In this document: positions 44,745 to 54,615 of the stretch, piece after piece
How positions within the stretch are numbered: the first letter of the stretch is position 1
Layout: every line of letters begins with the position of its first letter
NCBI GenBank assembly: GCA_964618935.1
Contig: CAZUDL010000001.1
Coordinates: 66,562 to 130,561 of the forward strand
DNA from: an uncultured Actinomycetes bacterium
Lineage (GTDB): Bacteria; Chloroflexota; Dormibacteria; Aeolococcales; Aeolococcaceae
DNA length: 64,000 bases
Reading direction: 5' to 3'
Notes under the pieces: generated by a model
What the model was told of the DNA's origin: nothing
Seen by the model: the letters and a program-made list of their open reading frames with translations, nothing else
Database searches by the model: none
Translations under genes and position numbers: made by a program

Positions 44745-45605
44745 CTACCGGTTCGGGAGGAGTCGCATGTCCACGGCGTCGTGGTCGGCCACGTACCCGA
44801 TGGTCTGGTAGATCGAGTTGGACACCGGATTCGCAAGGTCAGTGTAGAGGGCCACGTGCATTGCTCCGGTGTGGAGCGCAGCGCGCGTGGCCGATGCGGT
44901 CACCGCCGTCCCGTACCCGCGGCGGCGGTGCTCCGGTGGTGTGTACACCGGTTCCACCCGGGCGACCCCCGCGGCGGGCGCGCTGTGGCCGGCCAGCGAC
45001 ACCGGCCTTCCCCCGTCCCACCACAGCCAGAGCTCACCAGCGGCCAGCCGCCGGTCCACGGCGGTGGCGGCCGCCTCCCGTGGCTGGTCGGGGTGCGTCT
45101 CGGCATTGAAGTGCTCGAACCACTCGATCAGGACACGGCGTTCATCCGGCCCCCCCTGGCGGGCGACCCCAGGGGTCGCCGCCGGATCGATCAGCTCGGT
45201 GAGGCGGTACATCCTCATCGTCATCAGCGGTGACGACGTCGATCCCGTCCGCGCCGTCCAGACGCTGACGAACTCGGCGACCGTTGTCGTCTCGCCGATG
45301 ACCCCGGACAGGGGGCGACCCGCCGCGGCCAGCGTGGTGGCGATCCGGGACCCCACTCCGGCCGGCAGCCGCGGAAGGAAGAGGTGGTACGGCGGCGTGT
45401 GCATGGCGGCTCCGAGCAGCCGGTCGCGCTGCACGGCCGCGATCCAGATGTCCTCCTCCCCCGGGGGTCGGACGCCGCGAAGGACGCCATCGAGCTGCAC
45501 CCCCATGACGTTCGTGCTGAAGGGCTCGGTGGCCAGCCACCGGGACGACAGCCGGGCGAAGAGACGGGGATCTCGCAGCACGCGCACGTCGATTCCGTCA
45601 GGCAT
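44745..45605 (-). CDS. GNAT-family N-acetyltransferase
   Basis: C-terminal RRRGYGTAVTASATRAALHTGAMHVALYTDLANPVSNSIYQTIGY is the acetyl-CoA binding motif. ATG at 45605. Confidence 0.7.
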   Translation of the reverse strand: MPDGIDVRVLRDPRLFARLSSRWLATEPFSTNVMGVQLDGVLRGVRPPGEEDIWIAAVQRDRLLGAAMHTPPYHLFLPRLPAGVGSRIATTLAAAGRPLSGVIGETTTVAEFVSVWTARTGSTSSPLMTMRMYRLTELIDPAATPGVARQGGPDERRVLIEWFEHFNAETHPDQPREAAATAVDRRLAAGELWLWWDGGRPVSLAGHSAPAAGVARVEPVYTPPEHRRRGYGTAVTASATRAALHTGAMHVALYTDLANPVSNSIYQTIGYVADHDAVDMRLLPNR

Positions 45606-45958
45606 CGGCCCGACTATCCCACGCGCCCGACCAGGGGGCACAGGTCCTCACGGCGCGTCCAGGCAGGGGCGGCCCCGGGCCCGGCCGGCGGCACCGACCC
45701 CGGTGGCCTCAGCGCCTCGACCGGACCCACCGAACCGTGTGCGAAACGCTGATACGGCCGTCCCCTGACCCCTTCCTGCCAGGGGTATCATGCCGCCGGA
45801 CCGGCATCAGATCGGTGAGAGCCAGGTGGCCGGGATGGGATGGAGGCGGAGGCGTTCAGCCTCGACAAGAGCGTGAGATGGCAGGTCTCGGCACCGCTCT
45901 CTTGCCGGTTTGAAGTGGTCGGCGAACTGGCAGCCCCTCTCGACCGGAGGCATGCGGC

Positions 45959-47311
45959 ATGACCCCCGACGCCGTCGCCTTCGACCCGCAGGGGCAGGCC
46001 CGCCTGGCCCTGGCCGCGGTGGTGCGCGACCGCGGCCCGGGCGTCCTCTCCAATCCCGTGTTGCTGAGCGACCTCCTCAAGGAACGGCTGCCCGGTTGGC
46101 GGCGTGAGGCGAGTCTTCTGGTCACGGCCTCCGAGGCCGGCGTCGCCTCCCTCCTCGAGCAGCAGGTCGCCGGGGTGGGCCCGGACGCCGCGGTCCGGAC
46201 GATCGCCGCAAGCGTCGCCCAGAGCCGGGGATTCGACCCCCGGGGAAGCCTCTGGGCGGTCGGCGAGTTCGCCAGCGCCATGGGCCACCCGCTCAGCGAG
46301 GCGGTTCAGCCTGGCACCCCGAAGACGGCGGCGCCCCCACCCGGGCCCGTCCCGGGGGCGGCCGCGCCCCCGCCGTCGCTGGCCTCCGCCATCGGGGTCC
46401 CGTTTCTCGTACCCGTCGCGCCCCCGCCGTCGATTGGCGCACCTCCTCCTCCGTCCGAGGTGGGCCCGTTCGGCGCTGCGGCCCAGATGCCGCCGCCGCC
46501 GGCCGCGCCGGGTGGTCCTCTGCAGCCTCCGCCCCCGTGGGCCGCGCCCCCGGCTCCGCCCCGAAGGCGCGGCCGACTGCTGGCGCTGATCTCGGCCGGC
46601 GCCGTGGTGGTCATCGTCGGTGGCTACCTCGGGGTCGCGGCCGCAACCGGCTTGCTTCCCTTCAAGGGGTCGGTCACCACCTGCTCGGGCGGCGACGAGC
46701 TCCAAGCGGGCCGGTGCGTCGCGCCGGCCCCGACGTCCACCCCGTCCCCGCCCGCGACCACCCCAACCGCAGGGATCGCGAGCATCCTGCCCAGCTTCGT
46801 CAGTGAGAATCTGAGGAACGTCTGCACCGACGAACCCAGCAGCTACTACTACTACGCCGGCGTGACCGACCAGCAGTGGTGCGCGCTGCTGGGCGTCACC
46901 GAGAACTACGTCCTCTACGTGGAGTTCCCCAGCGAGAGCCTCGTCAGCGACTACTACGACTCGCTGGTCTCGAGCAACGGCATGTCGCAGTCCGGGGGGG
47001 ACTGCTCCACCCTGACGCTGACGGCGACCTCGGACGGCAGCTCCCAATACTGCGAGGACGGCTACACCGACCCCACCGGCGCGTACCTGGGCGGCAGGGA
47101 CTTCATCTACGTGGGCAGCCCGAGCTTCGACCTCGGCTACAGCGCCCTGGTCTCGCAGGCGTGCACCGATGTCAGCAGTATCGGGGTCCTCGCCTTCACC
47201 GACCCGAACTACATGGCGGTCGGGGTGGCCATCGACTGCACCGGCGGCGCGGGAGTGGCCCAGTCCCTCAACACAGACTTCCTCGCCAAGAAGCTGAACC
47301 TGGGCAGCTGA
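45959..47311 (+). CDS. Single-pass membrane protein: cytoplasmic N-domain, Pro-rich linker, TM helix, Cys-rich extracytoplasmic domain
   Basis: 450 aa. Pro-rich tract (APPPGPVPGAAAPPPS...PPPPAAPGGPLQPPPPWAAPPAPP), then TM LLALISAGAVVVIVGGYLGVAAATGLL, then an ectodomain with eight Cys and Tyr-rich stretches (SSYYYYAGV). Confidence 0.55.
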   Translation: MTPDAVAFDPQGQARLALAAVVRDRGPGVLSNPVLLSDLLKERLPGWRREASLLVTASEAGVASLLEQQVAGVGPDAAVRTIAASVAQSRGFDPRGSLWAVGEFASAMGHPLSEAVQPGTPKTAAPPPGPVPGAAAPPPSLASAIGVPFLVPVAPPPSIGAPPPPSEVGPFGAAAQMPPPPAAPGGPLQPPPPWAAPPAPPRRRGRLLALISAGAVVVIVGGYLGVAAATGLLPFKGSVTTCSGGDELQAGRCVAPAPTSTPSPPATTPTAGIASILPSFVSENLRNVCTDEPSSYYYYAGVTDQQWCALLGVTENYVLYVEFPSESLVSDYYDSLVSSNGMSQSGGDCSTLTLTATSDGSSQYCEDGYTDPTGAYLGGRDFIYVGSPSFDLGYSALVSQACTDVSSIGVLAFTDPNYMAVGVAIDCTGGAGVAQSLNTDFLAKKLNLGS

Positions 47312-47413
47312 GGCGTCGGCGGCCAGATCGGCCCAGGGGCGACGCCGAGGGGTCGACCAAGCCGCTCAGCCGTGCCACCCGGCGGCGGCACGGCTAGAGT
47401 CGCCGCTGCGCAC

Positions 47414-47965
47414 ATGCACCGATCGGCGTCCGGCAACTGGCTCGAGGCGGCCCTCGGAGGCGTCGTCGCGCCCGTCGACTACGCGGGCCGGACCGCCTAC
47501 AGGCGCCCGCCCTCCCTGTATCGACACCTCCAGTGGCTGGGCTGGCTCCTGGCATCGCACGGCTGGGTCCCCGACTTCGTCGTCGTGCTGGAGGTGCGTG
47601 GCCGGCGGTCGGGCAGGATCCGGCGCACGCTGCTGGTCAGGACCGTTCACGAGGGCAGGCGGTACCTCGTGGCCCTGGCAGGCGAGTCGGAGTGGGTCCG
47701 GAATGTCAGGGCGGCCGGGGGGCGGGCCGTCATCCGGCACGGGAAACCCCGGCGGGTGAGGCTGGTCGAGGTGTCCCCGCCACTGCGGCCCCCGGTCATC
47801 CGCGAGTATCTCTGCGGAAGTGGCCGCCGAGCCGATCCCCGGGAGGCGGGGAGGTACTTCGGGGTAGGCGCGGAACCCAGCCTCGAGGAGATCGGCGCGA
47901 TCGTCGATCGCTATCCGGTGTTCGAGATCGTGGACGCGCCTCCCGCCGCCGGCCGGGTCCTCTGA
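47414..47965 (+). CDS. Deazaflavin (F420)-dependent nitroreductase family protein (DUF385/Ddn-like)
   Basis: LEVRGRRSGRIRRTLLVRTVHEGRRYLVALAGESEWVRNVRAAGGRAVIRHG matches the Ddn-type split-barrel core. Confidence 0.6.
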   Translation: MHRSASGNWLEAALGGVVAPVDYAGRTAYRRPPSLYRHLQWLGWLLASHGWVPDFVVVLEVRGRRSGRIRRTLLVRTVHEGRRYLVALAGESEWVRNVRAAGGRAVIRHGKPRRVRLVEVSPPLRPPVIREYLCGSGRRADPREAGRYFGVGAEPSLEEIGAIVDRYPVFEIVDAPPAAGRVL

Positions 47966-48121
47966 GGACCGTCGGGCGGCCTCGGCCTCCGCCGCGACTG
48001 CACACGCAGGTCCGCGACCGCCCCCGGGCGACCGCGGCATCCCCGGCGCTGGGCGGGCCAGCCGTTCTCGTATCCTCGGGCCGGCGCAGCGCACCGCCGC
48101 CGCGGACCGAGGAGGGAGCCA

Positions 48122-48424
48122 ATGGCCGAATGGATCTACTTCATCCACACCCCTCGGGACGACTTCGCCGCGACGATGACCGACGAGGAGCGGCGCGTCT
48201 GGGGCGAGCACTCCGAGCGGCTGAAGCTGCTCCTCGACGAGGGGACCCTGATCCTGGCCGGCCCGACGCTGGGCAGGATCAACATGGGCGTCGCCGTCAT
48301 CGAGGCGCCGGACGAGGCATCGGCGCGCCGCATCATGGAGGAGGACCCGACCATCGCCCAGGGCCTGGCCTCCGGCGAGCTCCGCGGCTTCTCCGTCGCC
48401 TACCTGCGCGGCCGCCGGCTCTGA
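48122..48424 (+). CDS. YciI-like family protein
   Basis: 100 aa. MAEWIYFIHTPRDDFAATMTDEERRVWGEHSERL...ILAGPTL is the YCII-related domain. Confidence 0.6.
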   Translation: MAEWIYFIHTPRDDFAATMTDEERRVWGEHSERLKLLLDEGTLILAGPTLGRINMGVAVIEAPDEASARRIMEEDPTIAQGLASGELRGFSVAYLRGRRL

Positions 48425-48426
48425 CG

Positions 48427-49212
48427 GTGGTGGGGGGCTCTGGACCGGGCACGCCCGACGGCGCCGACTGGGACGGCGCCCGCTACGACCGCGTGGCCGC
48501 TCCGCAGACGCGGTGGGGCCGGGCGGTGATCGAGCGGCTGGCACTGTCCGGCGACGAGACCGTCCTCGACGCCGGCTGCGGCAGCGGCCGGGTCACCGAG
48601 ATGCTGCTCAGCCGGCTGCCTCGCGGCCGGGTCGTGGCCCTCGACATGTCGGCGTCGATGCTGGCCGAGGCACGGCGCCGGCTGGCCGGTGCCGGCGGGC
48701 GCGTCAGCTTCCTGGAATTGGACCTCCTCGACCTGGGGCCCGAGCATCTGCCGGCGGCGTCCCCCCTCGACGCGGTGCTCTCCACCGCCACCTTCCACTG
48801 GGTGACCGACCACGACCGGCTCTTCACCAACCTGGCGAGCGTGATCCGCCCCGGTGGGCAGCTGGTCGCCCAGTGCGGTGCGCGGGGCAACATCGACAAC
48901 GTCATCCGCGCCGTCCGCTCGCTGGGCGTCGAGCGCGCCGGCACGTGGCTGTACGCGTCGCCGGAGGAGACGACCCGCCGCCTGGAGGCCGCCGGATTCG
49001 TGGACGTCGAGGTCTGGGCCCACCCCGAGACCACCCGGTTCCCCGATGAGGAGGGCTTCGTGGACTTCCTGGAGACGGTGTGCCTGCGCGAGCACGTGGC
49101 CACCCTGCCCCTGGACCAGCGGCATGGTTTCGCCGAGGACGTGGCGGCGGTCATGGCCGAGCCGGTGATCGACTACGTCCGCCTCAACATCGTCGCGCGC
49201 CGCGGCGGCTGA
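48427..49212 (+). CDS. Class I SAM-dependent methyltransferase (trans-aconitate methyltransferase-like)
   Basis: GTG start right after the YciI stop. SAM motif VLDAGCGSGRVTEML. The track's 47533 ORF is an artificial upstream extension. Confidence 0.7.
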   Translation: MVGGSGPGTPDGADWDGARYDRVAAPQTRWGRAVIERLALSGDETVLDAGCGSGRVTEMLLSRLPRGRVVALDMSASMLAEARRRLAGAGGRVSFLELDLLDLGPEHLPAASPLDAVLSTATFHWVTDHDRLFTNLASVIRPGGQLVAQCGARGNIDNVIRAVRSLGVERAGTWLYASPEETTRRLEAAGFVDVEVWAHPETTRFPDEEGFVDFLETVCLREHVATLPLDQRHGFAEDVAAVMAEPVIDYVRLNIVARRGG

Positions 49213-49229
49213 GACGGCGCCGTGCCCGG

Positions 49230-49679
49230 TCAGGACTCCAGGGCGGCGATCAGCTCCTCCTGGAGGTATCCGAGGGCGAGCAGGACGCGGAACTCCGGCT
49301 TGTCCCGCAGCGCGGAGTCGGGGCTCAGCTCCCAGCCGTCCTGCTCGACGCCGAGCAGGGCCCCGGCGGCGAGCCGGAGGTGGTTCAGGCCGCGGACCCA
49401 GGCCAGCGTCTGCTCCTCGGTGAGCGGCGAGATGTCCTCACCGGAGTCCAGGCAGTCGCGGATCACCGAGAGGTCGGCGTCGCGACCGCGATCGATCTCC
49501 GGACGGACCCAGTGGTCGTATTCCCTCTCCATCTCCTCGTCCGCGTAGGCGACCGGGGCCGTCCGGGAGACGTGGCCGAGGAGAGGGGAGAGCTCGTCGA
49601 CGATGTCCCGGATCGCCGTGCGCTCGTCGGAGTCGAGCTGGAGCTGGACGCGACCCCGACGCCGGCGGACCCTGGCCAT
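49230..49679 (-). CDS. DUF2017 domain protein (ClpS-associated)
   Basis: 149-aa acidic protein (RVQLQLDSDERTAIRDIVDEL...) directly downstream of clpS, as is conserved in actinobacteria. Confidence 0.6.
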   Translation of the reverse strand: MARVRRRRGRVQLQLDSDERTAIRDIVDELSPLLGHVSRTAPVAYADEEMEREYDHWVRPEIDRGRDADLSVIRDCLDSGEDISPLTEEQTLAWVRGLNHLRLAAGALLGVEQDGWELSPDSALRDKPEFRVLLALGYLQEELIAALES

Positions 49680-49689
49680 GCGCCTCTCC

Positions 49690-50001
49690 CTACAGGTGGG
49701 TGAGGGTCGCCTGGAGCCCGAAACCGTGAAGCTGGGAGACCGACACCTCGGCCTGCTCCCTCGGCTGGGTGGCCACCACCGCCTTGCCCTCGTGGTGGAC
49801 CTGGAGCATCAATCGGGTCGCCGTCTCGAAGTCATAGCCGAAGAGCCGTCGGAAGACCAGCACGACATATGACATCAGCGTGATCGGATCGTTCCACACG
49901 ACCACGCTCCAGCCCTGATCGCGGAGGCTCTGATCCTTCCCCGCCGGGGCCTCCACCGGGGCTTGGGTCGGAGCGGGGGGCCGGATGGTCGCCGGGGGCA
50001 T
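49690..50001 (-). CDS. clpS: ATP-dependent Clp protease adaptor ClpS
   Basis: WSVVVWNDPITLMSYVVLVFRRLFGYDFETATRLMLQVHHEG is the ClpS core. Confidence 0.85.
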   Translation of the reverse strand: MPPATIRPPAPTQAPVEAPAGKDQSLRDQGWSVVVWNDPITLMSYVVLVFRRLFGYDFETATRLMLQVHHEGKAVVATQPREQAEVSVSQLHGFGLQATLTHL

Positions 50002-50071
50002 CGGACCTCAAGCGTAGACCACCGAGGGGCTCGCCGGACGATCGTGGACGCCAGGGCTCAGCCCGGGCGGA

Positions 50072-50278
50072 TCACCTCGCCGAGGGGACGTCCGAGAGGT
50101 CGAAGATGTCCTTCCAGACGGCGTGGGTCTGAGCCGGCTTGGGGGAGGGGCACTCGAGGATCGCCTGGAGGGGCAGCTCGCAGGAGTGGCAGACGATCCA
50201 GATGGGCCCTGGCTCGGTGATGCGGCGCTCCAGGCGGTGCTTGTGGCCGCACTCTTCGCAGGTGATGGTGACCCTCAT
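50072..50278 (-). CDS. Small zinc-ribbon protein (two CxxC pairs)
   Basis: MRVTITCEECGHKHRLER...IWIVCHSCELPLQA. Confidence 0.5.
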   Translation of the reverse strand: MRVTITCEECGHKHRLERRITEPGPIWIVCHSCELPLQAILECPSPKPAQTHAVWKDIFDLSDVPSAR

Positions 50279-50512
50279 CGCGGTGCAGAGCGTCCCACCG
50301 GGGTGCGACGCGCACTCCTAGGGTCCTGTATTGCCCCGGTCACGGCTTGCAACGAATCCCTGACGCCAGGTCCCGGCAGGGCGGGACACCGGTGGACAAC
50401 CGGGTTGGGCTACCCTGCTATCCTGCCGATGTCGCACGGCAACGACGCAAACGCGTCTGTTCATCGCCTCCACGCGACATCCATTCAGGGCACCGCTGCC
50501 CGATCCCGCGGC

Positions 50513-50530
50513 GGGACGGACGTCCGTCCC
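50513..50530 (+). promoter_or_regulatory. Perfect 18-nt palindrome in the rpsA 5' leader
   Basis: GGGACGGACGTCCGTCCC, about 30 nt upstream of the rpsA RBS (GAAGGAG). As RNA it forms a 7-bp GC-rich hairpin with an ACGU loop. Confidence 0.4.
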
Positions 50531-50559
50531 CGGACGCAGGCGAGAACCGAAGGAGACCA

Positions 50560-51918
50560 TTGGCCCCCACGACGACCCAGGAGCACGAACCCCTCACCAT
50601 GGAAGACCTCCTCCGGGAGGAGGAGACGCGCGTCCGCTCGCTGTCGTACGGCGACATCGTCGAGGGCACGGTGGTGCGCGTCGATCCCGACGAGGTGCTC
50701 GTCGACATCGGCGCCAAGTCCGAGGGCATCATCTCCAACCGGGAGATCTCCGGCCGCAACGAGGCCGCCATCACCCTGAACCCCGGCGACGTCATCAAGG
50801 TCTACGTGCTCCAGCCCGAGGACGACGAGGGGCGGGTCATCCTCTCGCTCCGCAAGGCGCGTGCCGAGTCCATCTGGCAGGCGGTGGCCGAGAAGGAGTC
50901 GGAGGGGGAGATCCTCGACGCCGAGGTCCGCGAGCAGAACAAGGGCGGCCTCATCGTCAACATCATGGGCCTGCGCGGATTCCTGCCCAGCAGCCAGGTG
51001 GCGCGGCAGTTCTCCGGCAACCTCATGGAGCTGGTGGGCACGAAGATCCCCGTCAAGATCCTCGAGGTCAACCGCAAGCGGAACCGGCTCATCGTCTCGC
51101 AGCGCGCGGCCCAGGACGAGGACCGGGCGCGCCAGCGCGAGGAGCTGTTCGAGAAGCTCAAGGTGAGCGACGTCATCACCGGCAAGGTCAGCGGCCTGAC
51201 CAGCTACGGCGCCTTCGTCAACCTGGGCGGCGCCGACGGTCTGATCCACATCAGCGAGCTGTCCTGGGACCGCATCAACAACGTCTCCGACATGCTCAAT
51301 GTCGGCGACGAGGTGCGGGTCAAGGTCATCAAGCTCGACCCGGAGCTGTCGCGCATCAGTCTCTCGCTGCGGCAGATGAGCGAGGACCCGTGGGACACCA
51401 TCGAGAACCGGTTCCCGCCGGGCAAGATGGTCGAGGGCGAGGTCACCAAGACCAAGAAGTACGGCGCCTTCCTGCAGATCGCCGACGGCGTCGAGGGGCT
51501 GCTCCACATCAGCGAGCTGTCCTGGGACCACGTCGAGCGCACCGAGGACGTGCTCAAGGTCGGCGAGAAGGTCAACGTCATGGTGCTCAGCGCCGATCGC
51601 ACCCGGCGCCGCATCAGCCTGTCCCTGCGCCAGCTGCACGGCGGCGGTCCCGAGGGGCCCGGCGAGTACGTGCCGCCCACCTACGACTTCGGCGACGACG
51701 ACGACGAGGCGGAGGCCGGTGAGGCTGCCCAGGCCGTCGAGGCCGTCGCGGAGGAGGCCGCCGCGGTCGACGCCGCCGCGGAGGCCGAGGTGGAGAGCGA
51801 CACCGAGGCGGCCGCCCCCGCCGCGGAGCCGGAGGCCGAGGCCATGCCGGAACCGGAGGAAGCCCCGGCGGCCGTGGACGAGCCGGACGGGGCGCCCGGC
51901 GAGCCCGAGGCGGGCTGA
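50560..51918 (+). CDS. rpsA: 30S ribosomal protein S1
   Basis: Four S1 domains (DIVEGTVVRVDPDEVLVDIGAKSEG; GEILDAEVREQNKGGLIVNIMG; DVITGKVSGLTSYGAFVNLGG; KMVEGEVTKTKKYGAFLQI) and an acidic Ala/Glu tail. TTG start at 50560 after GAAGGAG. The ATG at 50599 is an alternative. Confidence 0.85.
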   Translation: MAPTTTQEHEPLTMEDLLREEETRVRSLSYGDIVEGTVVRVDPDEVLVDIGAKSEGIISNREISGRNEAAITLNPGDVIKVYVLQPEDDEGRVILSLRKARAESIWQAVAEKESEGEILDAEVREQNKGGLIVNIMGLRGFLPSSQVARQFSGNLMELVGTKIPVKILEVNRKRNRLIVSQRAAQDEDRARQREELFEKLKVSDVITGKVSGLTSYGAFVNLGGADGLIHISELSWDRINNVSDMLNVGDEVRVKVIKLDPELSRISLSLRQMSEDPWDTIENRFPPGKMVEGEVTKTKKYGAFLQIADGVEGLLHISELSWDHVERTEDVLKVGEKVNVMVLSADRTRRRISLSLRQLHGGGPEGPGEYVPPTYDFGDDDDEAEAGEAAQAVEAVAEEAAAVDAAAEAEVESDTEAAAPAAEPEAEAMPEPEEAPAAVDEPDGAPGEPEAG

Positions 51919-52094
51919 CCGGCGCCGGGCCCAGGGACGCCTCCTGGGTCGCACGGACGGTGACGGGATGGGCACGGGCCCAGGCCGGCGCGAGTAGCGA
52001 GACCCCCCGATGGGCATAATGGGGGAGGTCGGAGCACGCCCCGCACTGGCCCCTCCCGTCTTCAGGTGGGGCCGGCCGGAGCACGGAGGCAGTC

Positions 52095-54608
52095 TTGTAC
52101 CCATTTGAGCGGTTCACCGAGAGGGCGAAGAAGGTCCTCACCCTCGCCCAGGAAGAGGCGGAGCGCTCGCACCATTCCTACATCGGGACCGAGCACCTCC
52201 TGCTCGGCCTGCTCCGTGAGGGAGAGGGACTCGCCGCCAAGGTCCTCACCAACCTGGGGGTCGAGATCAACAAGGTGCGCAGCACGATCGAGTCCGTGCT
52301 CGGCCGCAACGAGCGCATCATCATCCAGCAGATCATCCCCACCTCGCGGGTGAAGAAGGTCATCGAGATCTCCTTCGAGGAAGCCCGCCGCATGGGCAAC
52401 AACTATGTCGGCACCGAGCACCTGCTGCTCGGCCTCCTCATCGAAGGCGAGGGCATCGCCGCCCACGTGCTCGAGGATCTGGGCGCCAACCTGGACAAGG
52501 TGCGCGGGGAGATCGAAAGGCTGCTTCACGAGTCGGGTCTCGAGGAGGAGACCAAGGAGACCCAGAAGAAGCCGACCAAGACGCCCCTGCTCGACCAGTT
52601 CTGCCGCGACCTCACCGAGCTTGCCCAGAAGAACCAGCTCGACCCGGTGATCGGGCGGGCCATGGAGATCGAGCGGGTGGTGCAGATCCTCTCCCGCCGC
52701 ACCAAGAACAACCCGGCGCTCATCGGCGAGCCCGGCGTCGGCAAGACCGCCATCGCCGAGGGCCTGGCGCAGGCGATCATCCTCGGCAACATCCCCGAGT
52801 CGCTGATGGGCAAGCGCGTGCTGACCCTGGACATGGGTGCCCTGGTGGCCGGCACCAAGTACCGCGGCGAGTTCGAGGAGCGGCTCAAGAAGATCCTCGA
52901 CGAGATCCGCCAGTCCCGCGAGGTCGTCCTCTTCATCGACGAGCTGCACACCCTGGTGGGTGCCGGCGCCGCCGAGGGGGCCATCGACGCCGCCAACATC
53001 CTCAAGCCGGCGCTGGCGCGCGGCGAGATCCAGTGCATCGGCGCCACCACCCTCAACGAGTACCGCAAGTACATCGAGAAGGACGCCGCGCTGGAGCGGC
53101 GCTTCCAGCCCGTCTACGTCGACGAGCCGACGCTGCAGGAGACCATCGACATCCTGCACGGCATCCGGCCCCTCTACGAGAAGCACCACCGCGTCAAGAT
53201 CACCGACGCCGCCCTCAAGGCGTCCGCCGAGCTGTCGGTGCGCTACGTCAGCGACCGCTCGCTGCCGGACAAGGCCATCGACCTCATCGACGAGGCCAGC
53301 GCCCGGGTGCGCATGAAGCTGACCACCACGCCGGACGAGCTGCGCGCCATGCAGCGGGAGATCCGCGAGCTCCAGTCGCAGAAGGACGACGCCATCGGCG
53401 GCCAGGACTACGAGACGGCGGCCGGATTCCGGGATCGCGAGAAGACCCTGAAGGAGCAGTACGTCTCGCTGGAGATGGCCTGGCGCGACAAGCTCGGCGC
53501 CAACATCCCCGAGGTCAACGAGGAGCACATCGCCGAGATCATCAGCTCGTGGACCGGGGTGCCGGTGTCGCGGCTGGTCGAGGAGGAGACCTCCCGGCTG
53601 CTCAGCATGGAGGAGGAGATCCACAAGCGGCTGGTGGGCCAGGACGACGCCGTCAAGGTCATCTCCCAGGCGGTGCGGCGTGCCCGCGCCGGGCTCAAGG
53701 ACGCCCGCCGCCCGATCGGCTCCTTCATGTTCCTCGGCCCCACCGGCGTCGGCAAGACCGAGTTGGCACGCTCCCTCGCCGCCTTCCTCTTCGACAACGA
53801 GGACGCCCTCATCCGCCTCGACATGAGTGAGTTCATGGAGCGGCACTCCACCGCCCGGCTGGTCGGTTCGCCGCCCGGCTACGTCGGCTACGACGAGGGC
53901 GGCCAGCTCACCGAGGCGGTCCGCCGCCGCCCCTACAGCGTCATCCTCTTCGACGAGATCGAGAAGGCGCATCCCGAGGTCTTCAACATGCTGTTGCAGA
54001 TCCTCGAGGACGGCCGGCTCAGCGACGCCAAGGGCAAGGCGGTGAACTTCGCCAACTGCATCGTCATCATGACCAGCAACCTGGGCATCGCCAACCTCAA
54101 GGGCAACATGTCCATGGGGTTCCAGCCGGCCATGCCCGACGAGCGTGCGGTCGACGCCGAGCATGGCAAGATGCGCGACTCCATCATGGAGGAGCTGAAG
54201 CGGGCGTTCCGTCCGGAGTTCCTCAACCGCGTCGACGCGGTGGTCGTCTTCCACCGCCTCACCCATCCGCAGATGCGCAGCATCGTGGAGCGGATGCTGG
54301 CCAAGGTGGCCGTGCACCTGGAGGCGCAGGAGCTGCAGTTCACCGTCAGCGACGCCGCCAAGGACAAGATCGTCGAGGAGGGCTTCGACAAGATCTACGG
54401 TGCGCGTCCCCTGCGGCGGGTGATCCAGCGGGTGATCGAGGACCCGCTCTCCGAGGAGCTGTTGCGCCTCAAGCACGGCCCCGGCGACCAGGTGGTCGTC
54501 GACGTTGCCGACGGCGAGGTGACCATGCACCTGGTGCCGAAGAGCTCGCGGGGCGAGAAGAAGGAGAAGGCCGAGGCAGCCGCGGCGGCTCCGTCCGCGG
54601 AGGCCTGA
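52095..54608 (+). CDS. clpC: ATP-dependent Clp protease ATP-binding subunit ClpC
   Basis: TTG start after GGAGG. Two Clp-N repeats ([18 protein letters not shown]...). AAA-1 [12 protein letters not shown] coiled-coil. AAA-2 GPTGVGKTE. Confidence 0.9.
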   Translation: MYPFERFTERAKKVLTLAQEEAERSHHSYIGTEHLLLGLLREGEGLAAKVLTNLGVEINKVRSTIESVLGRNERIIIQQIIPTSRVKKVIEISFEEARRMGNNYVGTEHLLLGLLIEGEGIAAHVLEDLGANLDKVRGEIERLLHESGLEEETKETQKKPTKTPLLDQFCRDLTELAQKNQLDPVIGRAMEIERVVQILSRRTKNNPALIGEPGVGKTAIAEGLAQAIILGNIPESLMGKRVLTLDMGALVAGTKYRGEFEERLKKILDEIRQSREVVLFIDELHTLVGAGAAEGAIDAANILKPALARGEIQCIGATTLNEYRKYIEKDAALERRFQPVYVDEPTLQETIDILHGIRPLYEKHHRVKITDAALKASAELSVRYVSDRSLPDKAIDLIDEASARVRMKLTTTPDELRAMQREIRELQSQKDDAIGGQDYETAAGFRDREKTLKEQYVSLEMAWRDKLGANIPEVNEEHIAEIISSWTGVPVSRLVEEETSRLLSMEEEIHKRLVGQDDAVKVISQAVRRARAGLKDARRPIGSFMFLGPTGVGKTELARSLAAFLFDNEDALIRLDMSEFMERHSTARLVGSPPGYVGYDEGGQLTEAVRRRPYSVILFDEIEKAHPEVFNMLLQILEDGRLSDAKGKAVNFANCIVIMTSNLGIANLKGNMSMGFQPAMPDERAVDAEHGKMRDSIMEELKRAFRPEFLNRVDAVVVFHRLTHPQMRSIVERMLAKVAVHLEAQELQFTVSDAAKDKIVEEGFDKIYGARPLRRVIQRVIEDPLSEELLRLKHGPGDQVVVDVADGEVTMHLVPKSSRGEKKEKAEAAAAAPSAEA

Positions 54609-54615
54609 TCGCCCG

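Noticed and set aside
45788-47047. 419-aa minus-strand Arg-rich ORF
   Set aside because: Antisense to the membrane-protein gene 45959..47311, with low-complexity composition.
47533-49212. 559-aa ORF covering Ddn-like, YciI and methyltransferase genes
   Set aside because: Frame artefact. Only the last 261 codons (from the GTG at 48427) encode the methyltransferase. The upstream part overlaps two better-supported genes in other frames.
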